Positions 1 to 11,527 of a stretch of 64,000 bases of DNA are shown in pieces (positions within the stretch are counted from its first letter, which is position 1; each line of letters opens with the position of its first letter). The translations under genes were made by a program, and so were the position numbers. The DNA comes from Eutreptiella sp. 'Long Island Sound 2002'. Lineage: Eukaryota; Protista; Euglenida. The stretch is taken from contig OZ038378.1 of the NCBI GenBank assembly GCA_964036045.1, positions 91,574,001 through 91,638,000 of the forward strand. Reading direction: 5' to 3'. Below the pieces are notes generated by a model. It had not been told where the DNA came from and made no database searches. It saw nothing but the letters and a program-made list of their open reading frames with translations.

Positions 1-269
1 CACCGCGCCCTGACGGCAACAGATGTGGAGAGAAGAGGGGGGGGGGGGGGTGCCCTGCCAGCCCCTAACAGCTCGCGTCGGCGATGCCGTGGCCGGGGGC
101 CAACACGCGGGCGGGCCGCCTGGCGCGCCCCGGAAACGGAAGGTTAGGCCCCCATACAATGGGCCGGTTAGAGGTGCTGGCGCCGGTGCCAGACCTGGGC
201 AGGGGGAAGGGAGGCCGTGCCTGCCACATGTGCCAGCACGCCTGCACTGAGCACGGGGCCATGGATGCC

Positions 270-680
270 GGGCCTGGTAAGACTGGACCCGGCTGCAATC
301 AAGGGGCTACCACCCGCACGGGGGGGGGGGGCACGAAAGGGAGTGCGCACCAAGCACGAGAGACGGCGCAATGAAGCATTGCGCCTGGCAAGATTGGACC
401 CACTCGCAGCACGTGAGGGGGGCAGTCCTTACAAGACCGGGCCTGCCACTGCCGGAAACTGCACGGGGGGAGGCAGACAGGGGGGGGGGGTTATCCCCAC
501 CGAACCGTTGCGCCCAGCGCAGAAAACGGGCCGAGGAAGGAGTGGGCCTGGCAAGACTGGACCCACGTACAGCACTTCAGGGGGGGGCGGCTTGACAAGA
601 CTCGGCCCGCTGAGGTGCGCATCCGGCTCGGGGCATGGGGCAAGGGAAGAGTGGACCCGCCAAGACTGGACCCACTCAAG
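270..680. repeat. Degenerate short repeats of CTGGCAAGACTGGACCC interspersed with G-runs
   Basis: Motif or variants at about 273, 385, 547, 594 and 660. Confidence 0.6.
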
Positions 681-812
681 CCTGGAGGGGGGGGGGGACA
701 ATCTGCGCAAAAAGCAGAGGCAACACCGCCAAGGCCAAGACCACCACCTTTTGCCTGCACCACACCAACCGAACCGCCCGGAGGAGAAATTGGAGGGTCA
801 AGACTAAGAAGG

Positions 813-1591
813 CTACAAAATTTCTTCGTCCTTCGTCTCCAGTTCTGCTGCTGACCCTGCGGCCTCGCCATCCATGGCGACATCGCCCTCAGCGGCCCGT
901 GTGGCCGCCATGTCGACGTCGCCCATTTCTGGTTGCCCCGGCTGCGGTGTCGACAAAGTGGCTGGCGGGCGTCGACCGCCGGGGGCTGGCCCGCCGCCGA
1001 GACGCGCACCATGCGGTCGCGGGCTCCCATAGGGACATACGGCGCCGCCTGATTGCGGCGCACGATCCGCTCCTAAACGCGGTCCGGGACACGGGAGTCC
1101 ACGCATGGGAGAAACATACCCGCGCAATCCATGGGCACTCCCTCCAACAGCAAGTCGAAGACCGGGCGCTCCACGGTGGTGCTGGCGAGCTGAGTGCATC
1201 GCCGCACCCGAATTGGCACCCGGTCTCCAAAGACTTCCGCGACCGCGCGCCGCAGCTGCCCATAGTCATTCGTGCACAGTGCCACGGCCGCGGGGTAGCC
1301 CCGAATGTGTACCGAAGTGACCCGCTCCGGCACTGGCGCGCCCAATATGCGGGTGGCGGCCGCCGCGAAGTCAGGGTCCGACGGCCCTGGGCCCCATACA
1401 CGCACGCCGATGCGCCCCGCAGAGCCCCCTTCCACCAGGCCCGCAAAGTGGCGGGAGAAGGCCTCATCGGCGGCCAATTCCTTCCACCCCTCCGGCAGGG
1501 GGCCGCGGCACTCTGGTGCCCGCTCAAAGCGCACAACATGGGCAAGGTGAGGGTAATCCTCACCGGACGTGGCCCAGGGGCGGTACAACAC
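813..1591 (-). pseudogene. Decayed protein-coding region, possibly non-LTR retrotransposon ORF1-like (RRM-type); 5'-truncated by the repeat array
   Basis: ORF 1073-1591 reads as natural protein (TSVHIRGYPAAVALCTNDYGQLRRAVAEVFGDRVPIRVRRC...PVFDLLLEGVPM). The same frame continues past one TAG into ERIVRRNQAAPYVPMG; a frameshift then leads to an acidic tail ending EETKDEEIL-like (ELETKDEEIL*). The ORF1 identity is inference. Confidence 0.35.
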
Positions 1592-4500
1592 ATAAATACG
1601 GGCTGAAACATGCTTTACATATCTTGGATGGTCATTTTAGGTGATCACAATATCAAAAAAATAAGGTTCCGAAACTTCGAATTTTTAGATGTATAGGCTC
1701 AAAAACTACACAAGCAGTTTGTGTACCAATTCCGTTGACCCCCCTCCCCCCGCGCCCAATTCCCAAATAGGGTCAGAAAAACATAAATTTGGCCTAAAAC
1801 ATGCTTTACATATCATGGAAGGTCATTTTTAGGTGGTCGCAATATCACAAAAAAATGCGATTCGGAAACTTCGATTTTTGAGCTTCATAGGCTGAAAAAT
1901 TCATATGATTGGATTTGATGTGAGGGCCGATCTTGAGGCCCACAGGCCGCCTAGGGGGCGCTCGATGGCTTTCCCGAAGACTTTGCATATCGGCCGGCCA
2001 TACATGCTATGCGCTCCCGGCTGCTCACGCGGGCCACGAGGGGAGGGGGGTGGGCCTGTCGCCGTGTCGCGCGTTGGGCGGGGGGGGGGGGGGGGGAGAG
2101 GGCCACGGTAGCCTCGGCAGACGGCCGCTCGGTGCCAGCACACCTGCGTCAGGGCACGTGAAAAGCTACCTGCACCCCGCGGCACTGCCGCCATCTTTTG
2201 GGCCTTTTTGGGCCTATTCGCGTACCGTACCTGAAGGGGTTAAATTGTTATTCCCCCCCTTTGCAAGATCATGATTTTGTCCAACAAACACATCCCCCAA
2301 TGACTCTTTGGTCCGGACCGCTAGCCCGCCCCCACTGGAAACTCACTTTTTGAAATTGGGGGAGGGCTAGGAGGGGAGGAGGATGAAAAATGTCGAAAAA
2401 ATGACCCCCCGGTTTTTTGATCCAAAATCATGACTCTTTTGGTTTTTTTGGCTTTTTGAGCTGAAGAACTGGTTCCGGTTTCCGACTCCATGGGGTTTGT
2501 ATGGGGCGGAGTGGGACGAGCGCTCGTGAGGGATATGCACTTTTCGGCCATTTTTGCTATGTTGGCAGTTTTGGCGAGCTCGGTGACGCCGAGCTGCCCA
2601 CTCTGAGAGGTGTGAGTGGGGGTGTTGTGACATTTTATGCCTCTTAGGATATGAAAGGACACTTTTTGCAGTTTGTAGCCTTGCCAAGGGCCCGTCCGAA
2701 ATCACAATATCAAAAAACTATGTTTCAAAACCTTTGCTTTTTGAGTTGACCAAGGTGAAAAACTGCATCATCGGGTTGTGCACCAGCCCATTTACTCATG
2801 TAAGCCATTTTTGGTGGAAACAGTCATTTCACGTCTTTGCCACGGGTTTTGGACTCCCCCTCGCCAAGGCTACAAGCCGCAAAAAGTGTCTTGCCATATC
2901 CTACTAGGCATATATTGTCACAACATCCCCACTCACACCTCTCAGACTTGGTAGCACAGGGTCACCGAGGTCGCCAAAACTGCCAACATAGCAAAAATGG
3001 CTGAAAAGTGCATTATCTGTGCAAGCGCTCCTCTCACTCCGCCCCATACAAACCCCATGGAGTCGGGACCCGGAAACACTTTTTCGGCTCAAAATAAAAA
3101 AAAACCAAAAGATTCATGATTTTGGACCCCTAAAAAGGGGGGTCATTTTTTCGATATTTTTCATCCCCCGCGCCCACCCCGCCCTCACCCAAAAGTTCCA
3201 AAAAGTGAGTTTCAAGCGGGGGAGGGCTAGGGGTCCGGACCAAAAAATGATTGGGGGATGTGTTTATTGGACAAAATCATGATTTTGCAAGGGGGGGAAA
3301 TCGCTATTTAAGCCCTTGAGGTTCGGTCCGCGAATAGGCCCAAAAAGGCCCTAAAAGGGTGGGGAGTTAAACGGGCCTGCTTAGCTTTGATCTCACAACC
3401 ACTGCGACGTGATCTTGGTACCTTGGGCAAGCCCACCTCGTAGAGAATCTATCCCAAGTAACCCACACCCAAAATAGGGTAAAAACTACACAAATACGGG
3501 CCAAAACATGCTTTACATATCTTGGATGGTGAATGTAGGGGATCACAATACAAAACAAAATGATTTTTTGAGACTTCGATTTTTGAGCTTTATTGGCTGA
3601 AAAGTTGCATCACCAGGTTGTGTACCAATCCCGTTTGCCCCCCTCCCCCCCCCAATACCCAAATAGGGTGAAAAACACATAAACACTGCCTAAAACATGC
3701 TTTTACATACCTTGGAGGGTCGTTTTAGGTGGTCACAATATCAAAAAGCTAAGTTTCAAAAACTTCGCTTTTTGAGTTGTCCAAGGTGGAAAAGTGCATG
3801 GACAGGTTGTGCACCGGCCCATTTACTCATGCACGCCCTTATTGGTGGAAACATTCATTTCGCGTCTTTGGCACGGATCACCTTAGCACTTAGCCCGTAT
3901 TTTTGCAGTTTATACCCTATTTTGGGTGTGTGTTGCTTGGGGTAGATTATCTATGAGGTGGGCTTGCCCAAAGGAACAGCATCACCTCGTAGAGGTTGGT
4001 AGATCCAAGCCAAGCAGGCCTGTATAACCCCCCTCTTTTGGGCCTTTTTGGGCCTATTCATGTACCCTACCTCAAGGGGTTCAATTGCGATATTCCCCCC
4101 TTGTAAAATTATGATTTTGTCCAATAAACACGTCCCCAAATGATTTTTTGGTCCGGACCCCTAGCCCGCCCCGGCTTGAAACTCACTTTTTGGAACTGTT
4201 GGGTGAGGGCTAGGTGGGCGGGGGGGATGAAAAGTGTCGAAACAATGAGACCCCCGTTTTTGGGGTCCAAAATCATGAATCTTTTGGTTTTTCATTTGAT
4301 TTTGAGGCGCAAAAGTGTTTCCGTGTCCCGACTCCATGGGGTTTGTATGGGGCGGAGTGGGACGAGCGCTTGCGCAGTTCATGCACCTTTCAGCCATTTT
4401 GCTATGTTGATAGTTTTGGCGACCTCGGTGACCCCATGCTACCCCCTCTAAGGGGTGTGAGTGGGGATGTTGTGACAATATATGCCTAGTAGGATATGAA

Positions 4501-5700
4501 AGGAAGCTTTTTGCATTTTGTAGCCTTGCCGAGGGCCGGTCCAAACCCGTGCCAAAGACGCAAAATGAATGTCTCCAACAATAATGGGTTACATGAGTAA
4601 ATGGGCCGGTGCACACCCTGCACATGCAGCTTTACACCCTCGACACCTCAAAAAGCGAAGTTTTTGAAACTTATTTTCTTGATATTGTGATCACCTAAAA
4701 TGACCATCCGAGGTATGTAAAAGCATGTCTTAGGCAGTGTTTATGTGTTTTTCTGCTTATTTGGGTATTGGGCGTGCGGGCCGGGGGGGGGGGGGGGGTC
4801 ACCCAACGGATTGGTACACAACCCGCTGAGCAATTTTTCATCCTATACAGCTCAAAAATCGAAGTTCCGGAAACGTATTTTTTTTTGATATTGTGACCAC
4901 CTAAAATGACCATCCAAGGTATGTAAAGCATGTTTTGGCCGGTATTTATGTAGTTTTTACCCTATTTTGGGTTTGTGTTGCTTGGGGTAGATTCTCTACG
5001 AGGTCGGCTTGCCCAAAGGACCAGAATCACCTCGCAGTGGTTGTTGGATCAAAGCCAAGCCGGCCCCTGTAACCCGCCCCCCTTTTTGGTCTTTTTTGGG
5101 CCTATTCACGTACCGTACCTCAAGGGGTTAAATTGTTATTTCCCCCCCCCTTGTAAAATCATGATTTTGTCAAATAAACACACCCCCAATGAGTTTTTGG
5201 TTTGGAACCCTAGCCCTCCCCCGCTTGAAACTCACTTTTTGGAACTTTTGGGTGAGGGCTGGGTGGGCGGGGGGGGATGAAAAATGTCGAAAAAATGACC
5301 CCCCTTTTTTTGGGTCCAAAATCATGAATCTTTTGGCTTTTTCGATTTTGAGCCGAAAAAGTGTTTCCGGGTCCCGACTCCATGGGGTTTGTATGGGGCG
5401 GAGTGGGGCGATCGCTTGTGAAGGTTATGCACTTTTCAGCACATTTTTGCGATGTTGGGAGTTTTGGCGACCTTGGTGACCCCGTGCTACCCACTGTGAG
5501 GGGTGTGAGTGGGGACGTTGTGACAGCATATGCATACGAGGATGACGCTTTTTGCAGTCTGTAGCCTTGCGAAAGACCTGAAATGAGTGTTTCCACCAAT
5601 AATGGGTTACATGAGTAAATGGGCTGGTGCACAACCTACTAATGCTGCTTTTCACCTTGGCCACCTAAAAAATTGAAGTCTCCGAAACTTATTTTTGTGA
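1590..5700. repeat. Nested inverted/direct composite repeat array (foldback-like)
   Basis: Subunit aaacatgctttacatatcttggatggtcattttagg at ~1607, 1797, 3505, 3694 and inverted at ~4700-4730 and ~4900-4930. A ~550-bp module occurs at ~2250, 4095, 5140 (+) and inverted at ~2810-3310. Arms 2810-3860 and 4560-5640 mirror each other. Confidence 0.85.
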
Positions 5701-5705
5701 AGGAC

Positions 5706-5806
5706 TAGGGTTAGGGTTAGGGCTAGGGGCACGGGCAGGATTAGGACTAGGCGTAGGGTTGGGGCGGGTGTGAGGGTCAAGGTTGGGTTTAAGGATAGTG
5801 TTGGGG
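5706..5806 (+). repeat. Decayed interstitial telomere-like (TTAGGG)n, ~17 hexamer units
   Basis: tagggt tagggt tagggc tagggg ... tagggt tggggc ... keeps 6-bp phase throughout. Confidence 0.6.
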
Positions 5807-6030
5807 TGCAAAGAGGACAAAATATTCCTTCGGGCACCCTTGGTGCTCATGGAGCGTCGCGTGCCTTCAGCACCCATGCACGCCTAAGGGGGGCACCTTT
5901 GGCAACTACCTGTTGGCCGAAGGCCCCTGGGGGGGGGGGGGGGTAGTTGGCATCCTAGGACCCGCGGAGTCTGCCCCCCCCCCCCGGGGAGTGCATGGTG
6001 GGTGACATAGGAAGGTCACCATCTCGCAAA

Positions 6031-6750
6031 GGGGGAATCCTTTCAGTGCGCGTGCACTATGCGCTACTTTTAGACTATATTACCCTATGAAGAACCCCCA
6101 TACAAACCCCTTCCAAACACCCTCAAAATTAGGCCACCCCAGCTGAACTAGCTCTAGACGGTTGTGCACTATCTTCCCTTTCGATCAGACGGCATGAAAT
6201 AATGTCCCTTGAATCTTTGAAGCCTTTAGGATCGCAAAGAAGAACACCCGTCAATGTCACGAGGCACAAAGGAAAGTCTTTCTACCCACTGAACTTCTAC
6301 AACAACACAATTCAAGTAAGACTACACACGATGCACATTTGCCCACCATTCATCCTCAGATCATCGGGCTGCTCTTTGTCTAATGGTTGATCTTCATTTT
6401 TATGCTTGTTATCGACATGTTGATCTTTACTTTGGCAATTGTATCTGACGCAAAATAAAAACCAACAGTGGCTGATGCAGAGTGCCCACATTTAGGGCTG
6501 CCATGGTGGGGAGAAATCAACCTAGAAAGTAGAACATGCGGCGAGTGAAAGTAGGTGAAAATGGAAAAAAATGGGTGAAAAACCAAAAATACCATATTCG
6601 ATTGAAAGGAAGCACCAAAATACGTGTCATCAAAAAACAATGATGCCCCTAGTACCACAAAGTGTGGGTTTCTAGTACAGCGAGAAGCCCAAATGGTCAC
6701 ACTGCGTGCGCAGCGCGTGCACGGCACGGGCAATGTGCTTAAGTCCCCCC
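6031..6750. mobile_element. Non-autonomous TIR element, PIF/Harbinger-like, copy 1 (720 bp)
   Basis: Starts GGGGGAATC and ends CCCCCC. About 150 bp at the left end and about 110 bp at the right end are homologous to 15156-15877. TSD degraded (aaa/gaa). Confidence 0.55.
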
Positions 6751-7799
6751 GAAAGGCGCAAAACATGTTGTTGCATGATTTCGGAATAGCAGCTTTTTAC
6801 CACAGGTGTGCATCATAATCAAGGCTGCTGTTGTAAAATTTCACAACCGCCATTGTCATGCCTCTGCAAGACTTTGCAAGCTATCTCTGTGTGCCGGAGT
6901 ACAATGCCATGAGGTGCTTTTGCAAGATTTCGCAATGGCAGGTGTTGCCACATGTGCAGACTATTCCAGCATCGCACGACAGCAACAACAATATCATTGG
7001 CAGATGATGTGGCTTAACAGAAGTGCTACAGGTGCTGTACATGATATGATGAACAGTCAACATGTACCGAATATTAATTTGTCTCATGCCCTTCAGCTAT
7101 GCATGTGAATGCCATGATGTGGAATGTTACATTTCCAGGGTTCTGTAGTCTCCTTCACAGTTGAAAGAAACATCGTACAGAAATTATTTTCCAAAGAATA
7201 AAAAATTGTACAAGAAAAAGTCACCGCACAATGATAAAGGTTGAACAAGATCCCAATAGGATGTTGTCATTGCAATTTTCGCAGTGACAGCATGTGTACA
7301 GGAAATAAAAGTTATATCAACAGGCTGGCCAACAATCACAAGCTGAGCAATTGGACAAAAGCTGTCATTGCAAAATTAAGCAAAGACACCCGAAACGCAA
7401 AGTCTGTCATAGTAACACACAGATAATGCTGGACGGTATGTGATGGCATGCAAGCGTCTGATAATATTTGTGGAAGTGAATGACTGCGCGCAGATGTAGG
7501 TGTATGCCATGCATCAGTGTTGTAGTATGACAATGAAATGAGTTGTCCAAATGTGTCAGGTTGTATGGTTGATGATGACCTCAATGGAATAGATGTGTGC
7601 TCAATTCACATGAAAAACATGCATAAAATAAAAAAAATGATAAACATGTACATCTGGATCCAAAACATAGTGTCATTGCAAAATTTAGCAACGGCACAAA
7701 TGCTGACTCACCAATGGAAGGGACACTGCACGCATATAGCTCCGGTCTCGGCACCATACCTCAGTCATCATTGTTGACCTAGTTGTCGTGGACCTTGTT

Positions 7800-8502
7800 A
7801 AGCACTGTGTCGTGGAGGTAACATATTCTTTGAAAAAATGTTGACTTTAGCCGGTTTGCCGCCTGTTTTGCAGCCTGTGCAAGCCTTCAGCGCTGCCCGT
7901 GCATATCCTCAGGCACATAAACCCTGTTTTGTGACCTCCCAAACTTTTGGGTGCTGAACCCCCCTCCACAGCCTCGTTGCTCCCTGATGCACTTGAACAA
8001 ATTTGTTACCTGCCATGATGAAGCTGACCACATGGTTTTCTGCCGCCTATGTCTTGCAGACCATTGTTTCCCCCTGTGGAACTGGCTGGACCTGCCCAGC
8101 TGGGTGGGAACTACAGGAATTGCCACTACCCGGCATGTGGCAACAGCAGGCCGGTGAAACCACAGACCTGCAGATCCGATACTTGGTCTTCCAGGGCGTG
8201 TCTTCTGCTCTGGTCACGCATGGCCTTTGTCTCAAGCATTTGGATGTCGCCCTTCTGCCTCGACAACTGCTCATTCAGCTTCAGCTCTTCCACCTGAAAA
8301 ATGCCACAGACCGCTATCACAACATGGGAGCATAGCATGTGCTGAAACATCTCTTCCGCTGGTTGATTGAGAGCCCCAGGAGACCCTTGGAAAATGTGCA
8401 CTTGGAATACATCTCCAAAGTATTGCTGCAGTGGAACGAAATTCGAGCAAATGCAATTGTAGCCTCTGCCCTGCATATCAGGCAAGGAGCTGCTGTCCTC
8501 AA
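7800..8502 (-). pseudogene. Intron-containing gene relic with coiled-coil exon and upstream CxxC
   Basis: tttttcag|VEELKLNEQLSRQKGDIQMLETKAMRDQSRRHALEDQVSDLQ|gtctgt (exon ~8293-8168). Upstream frame reads PCLICRAEATIAFARISFHC. Stops lie in the flanking frames. Confidence 0.4.
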
Positions 8503-10274
8503 ACGTTAAGCTTGAAGTGGAACAGATGCACCCCGCCCCTGTGGGGTCCGCTGTTTAAAGCAACTGCTCTTCGCTAAGTGGCAACATCTGTGTGTGGGTT
8601 GGTGTTTTTCATAATGAAGCTTACTATGTAGACCATGCAGCAGATATGTTCGGGGGGAAAGGGACAGATCTTCCGGTTTCTGTTTTTGGTACACTTGAAA
8701 TCCCCGGTACAGCCCAACCATTTAAAGTACACACGAATTGTAGTTCAAAACTTTTGACCACTCATCAAAAGTGAAAAAACAAACAGTGAACACACAAACG
8801 GCAGACACATAAATGTGCCTCCCAGAGTAATCAACAGCGTTGTGGTTGTTGGTCCCACTGTGAAGGCAAAAACACTGATGCTGCCCATAGGCGCAGGTTT
8901 TGGGGGACGTTCAAAACAGCCCTGGCAAGGACACCTTCTGAGCCTATTGTGTGTTGCAATCTGTGCCTGAATCATCTGAAAATCCGAAAAAACACTTATT
9001 ATTCAACGCCAAGTGCTGCTGGAAGGGTGAGCTGCAAACAAAAAACTTTGTTCTGCTCCAGCAAGGGAATGCAAATATACAAACAACAAACAGGCCACAC
9101 GAACAAACGGCAAACAGAGCAAAACCATAGCTCAACCTTACTACAACAGCACAGCATGAGCTAGGATTTTGCATTAGGAGACACAAACAAGCAAACACAC
9201 AACAAACACGCAATCCAAAACTAATCACCAATGTGCCACATCCCCGTGGGGTTTTGTTTGCCCCCCCCCCCCCCCCTAGTGCTGTACCAATGCACCCCCT
9301 CCACTGTGGCCATGTATGCACCACAAAGCTTGGCAACACCCGCCTAAAACCGGCCCGCAACCCACCTGCACAGATGCCCAACACTCATGCAAACACCACA
9401 CACCAAATAGAAACCTGGAAACTCCGGCACGTGCAGGACTCATAACAAAGCCGTACGAATACACGCTAGCCCTTGAGGGGCTCATTCGCCGCCTTAGCTA
9501 GGTGATATTGCAAAAATATCGCATGGAATTCCAAACCTCCTGGGTTGCACACAGAGCGCATCTTGGACTGCCACGACTAGGGCAAAACAAAGGGACCCCT
9601 GGGCATGTTCAAGGTCCGGAGAAAGATGGTCTGCATATGCATATGGAGTCTTCGGTACAAGAGGGACCACTAGTTCTTTCCCGTGTTTTGCGGTATGCGT
9701 GCCTTGTTCTTCTAAGACTACCAAAGGGTGACGTTATGTTTGGGCTTGGGTACTAGTGCGCAGGAATGGGGCTCATTCTTTGGGTAGGATAAGGTCCACC
9801 AACACAAAACGACACAGTGCCATTGGGTTTGGTTTGAGGTTCTACAAGTATAAGGGTTACCAACCTTGGGCAATAAACTCGCATCGTAAATTGTCAAGCA
9901 AGGTTCTCATGCTTCTAATCTATCTACCCCCCCAGGTCGTCACTTCGTTGTTACAAACAGTTTTGTCTTTTCTTGCTCTCATCGGTTGGACTTGGAGTAA
10001 AGGTGTACTCTTAACGGAGTTACCATCTATTTCGCACGATGTCAAATCGTTGGGAGCGCGAGTTGCAACAATGCTTGGGCACCGACATTGACTTTCCGCC
10101 GGCCGAGTTCATCAAGCTGCATAGCGAAGTACCCCGAGGTACTGTGCACCGGCGCCATGCGCAGTTGCGTGCCACGTTGATGAAGCGATTGCAAAAGTGC
10201 ACGGCACTAGGGATCCAAGCGGCAATGGTGGCATAGTTTGAACACTCCTGAGTTGCAAGCGGCCAAGCGCTCTT

Positions 10275-10790
10275 GTGGAAGAAAGAAGAACACCGCAACG
10301 TCCCAAGCGGCCAAGGGTTCTTGTGGAGGAAAGAAGAACACCGCGTAGTCCCAAGCAACCAAGGGTTCTTGTGGAGGGAAGAACGCCGCGGAGTCCCAAG
10401 CAGCCAAGAGTTCTTGTGGAGGCAAGAAGAACACCGCTGAGTCCCAAGCAGGAGGGTCCTTGTGGATGGAATAATAACACCGCAGGCTCCCAAGCGGCCA
10501 AGGGTTCTTGTGGAGGGAAGAAGAACACCGCGGAGTCCAAAGTGGCTGAGGATTCTTGCGGAGGGAAGAAGAACGCCGCGGAGTCCCAAGCGGCCAAGGG
10601 TTCTTGTGGTAAGAGGAAGAACACCGCGGAGTCCCAAGCGAACAAGGGCAAGAAGAACACCGCGGAGTCCCAAGCCAACAAGGGCAAGAAGTACACCGCG
10701 GAGTCCCAAGCCAACAGGTGCAAGAAGAACACGGCGGACTCCCAAGCGGCCAAGGGTCTGCGTGGAGGCAAGAAGAAAATGCCCGACTAG
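10275..10790 (+). repeat. 48/36-bp coding minisatellite (SPKRPRVLVEGRRTPR) in the RepHel frame
   Basis: Unit gagtcccaagcggccaagggttcttgtggagggaagaagaacaccgcg. ORF 10462-10809 shares the frame of 10039, 10885, 11641, 12112 and 12952. Confidence 0.85.
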
Positions 10791-11130
10791 CAGCGGAATA
10801 AGGGCATAGTTGGTGGACACAACAATACACCAAGAAAGCAACACATCAAGGCATTGCAGTGTCGTTCTTCCGGAGTAGTTCATAGTGTGTTACAGGAGTT
10901 GTTCTGTGCCAAATGCATTGTCTGCTTCTAGCATTTCTTTGAAGTCTGTTCGAGAGTATTGGCTTGATGGTTTGGACACTTTGTACTCACCACTGCTCCA
11001 TGCGCTTTGCTACCGGTGTGGTCAACTCCTTTGGGGCCCAGTCGGTGGAGGACACAAGCTTGCGGTTCCACGGAACGATGGCGAAATATGCACACAATTC
11101 TTGTTTGGCGTGCCACCCACAGATTTGAAA

Positions 11131-11527
11131 CCCCCTTTGCAACTGCCCCCATGCCCTCAAAACATATTTCACCCAGTGCCCACACCTCAAACCCCCTTTT
11201 CAACTGCCCCCGTGCCCTCAAAACACATTTCACCCGGCGCCAACACCTCTAACCCCCTTTTCAACTGCCCCCATGCCCTCAAAACACATTTCACCCAGTG
11301 CCAACACATCCAACCCCCTTTTCAACTGCCCCCATGCCCTCAAAACACATTTCAGCCAGTGCCAACACCTCAAACCCCCTTTGCAACTGCCCCCATGCCC
11401 TCAAAACATATTTCACCCAGCGCCAACACATCAAACCCCCTTTTCAACTGCTCCCATACCCTCAAAACACATTTCACCTAGTGCCAACACCTCAAGACCC
11501 CTTTTCAACTGCCCACATGCCCTGAAA
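11131..11527. repeat. 61-bp minisatellite (~6.5 copies) inserted in the Helitron ORF
   Basis: ccccctt starts at 11131, 11192, 11253, 11314, 11375, 11436, ~11497. Flanked by tgaaa on both sides; removal rejoins PPTDLK|TVTSAIFVF. Confidence 0.9.

Noticed and set aside
217-807. 196-aa plus-strand ORF and neighbours
   Set aside because: GC-rich repeat-derived frames with G-runs; no protein-like signal.
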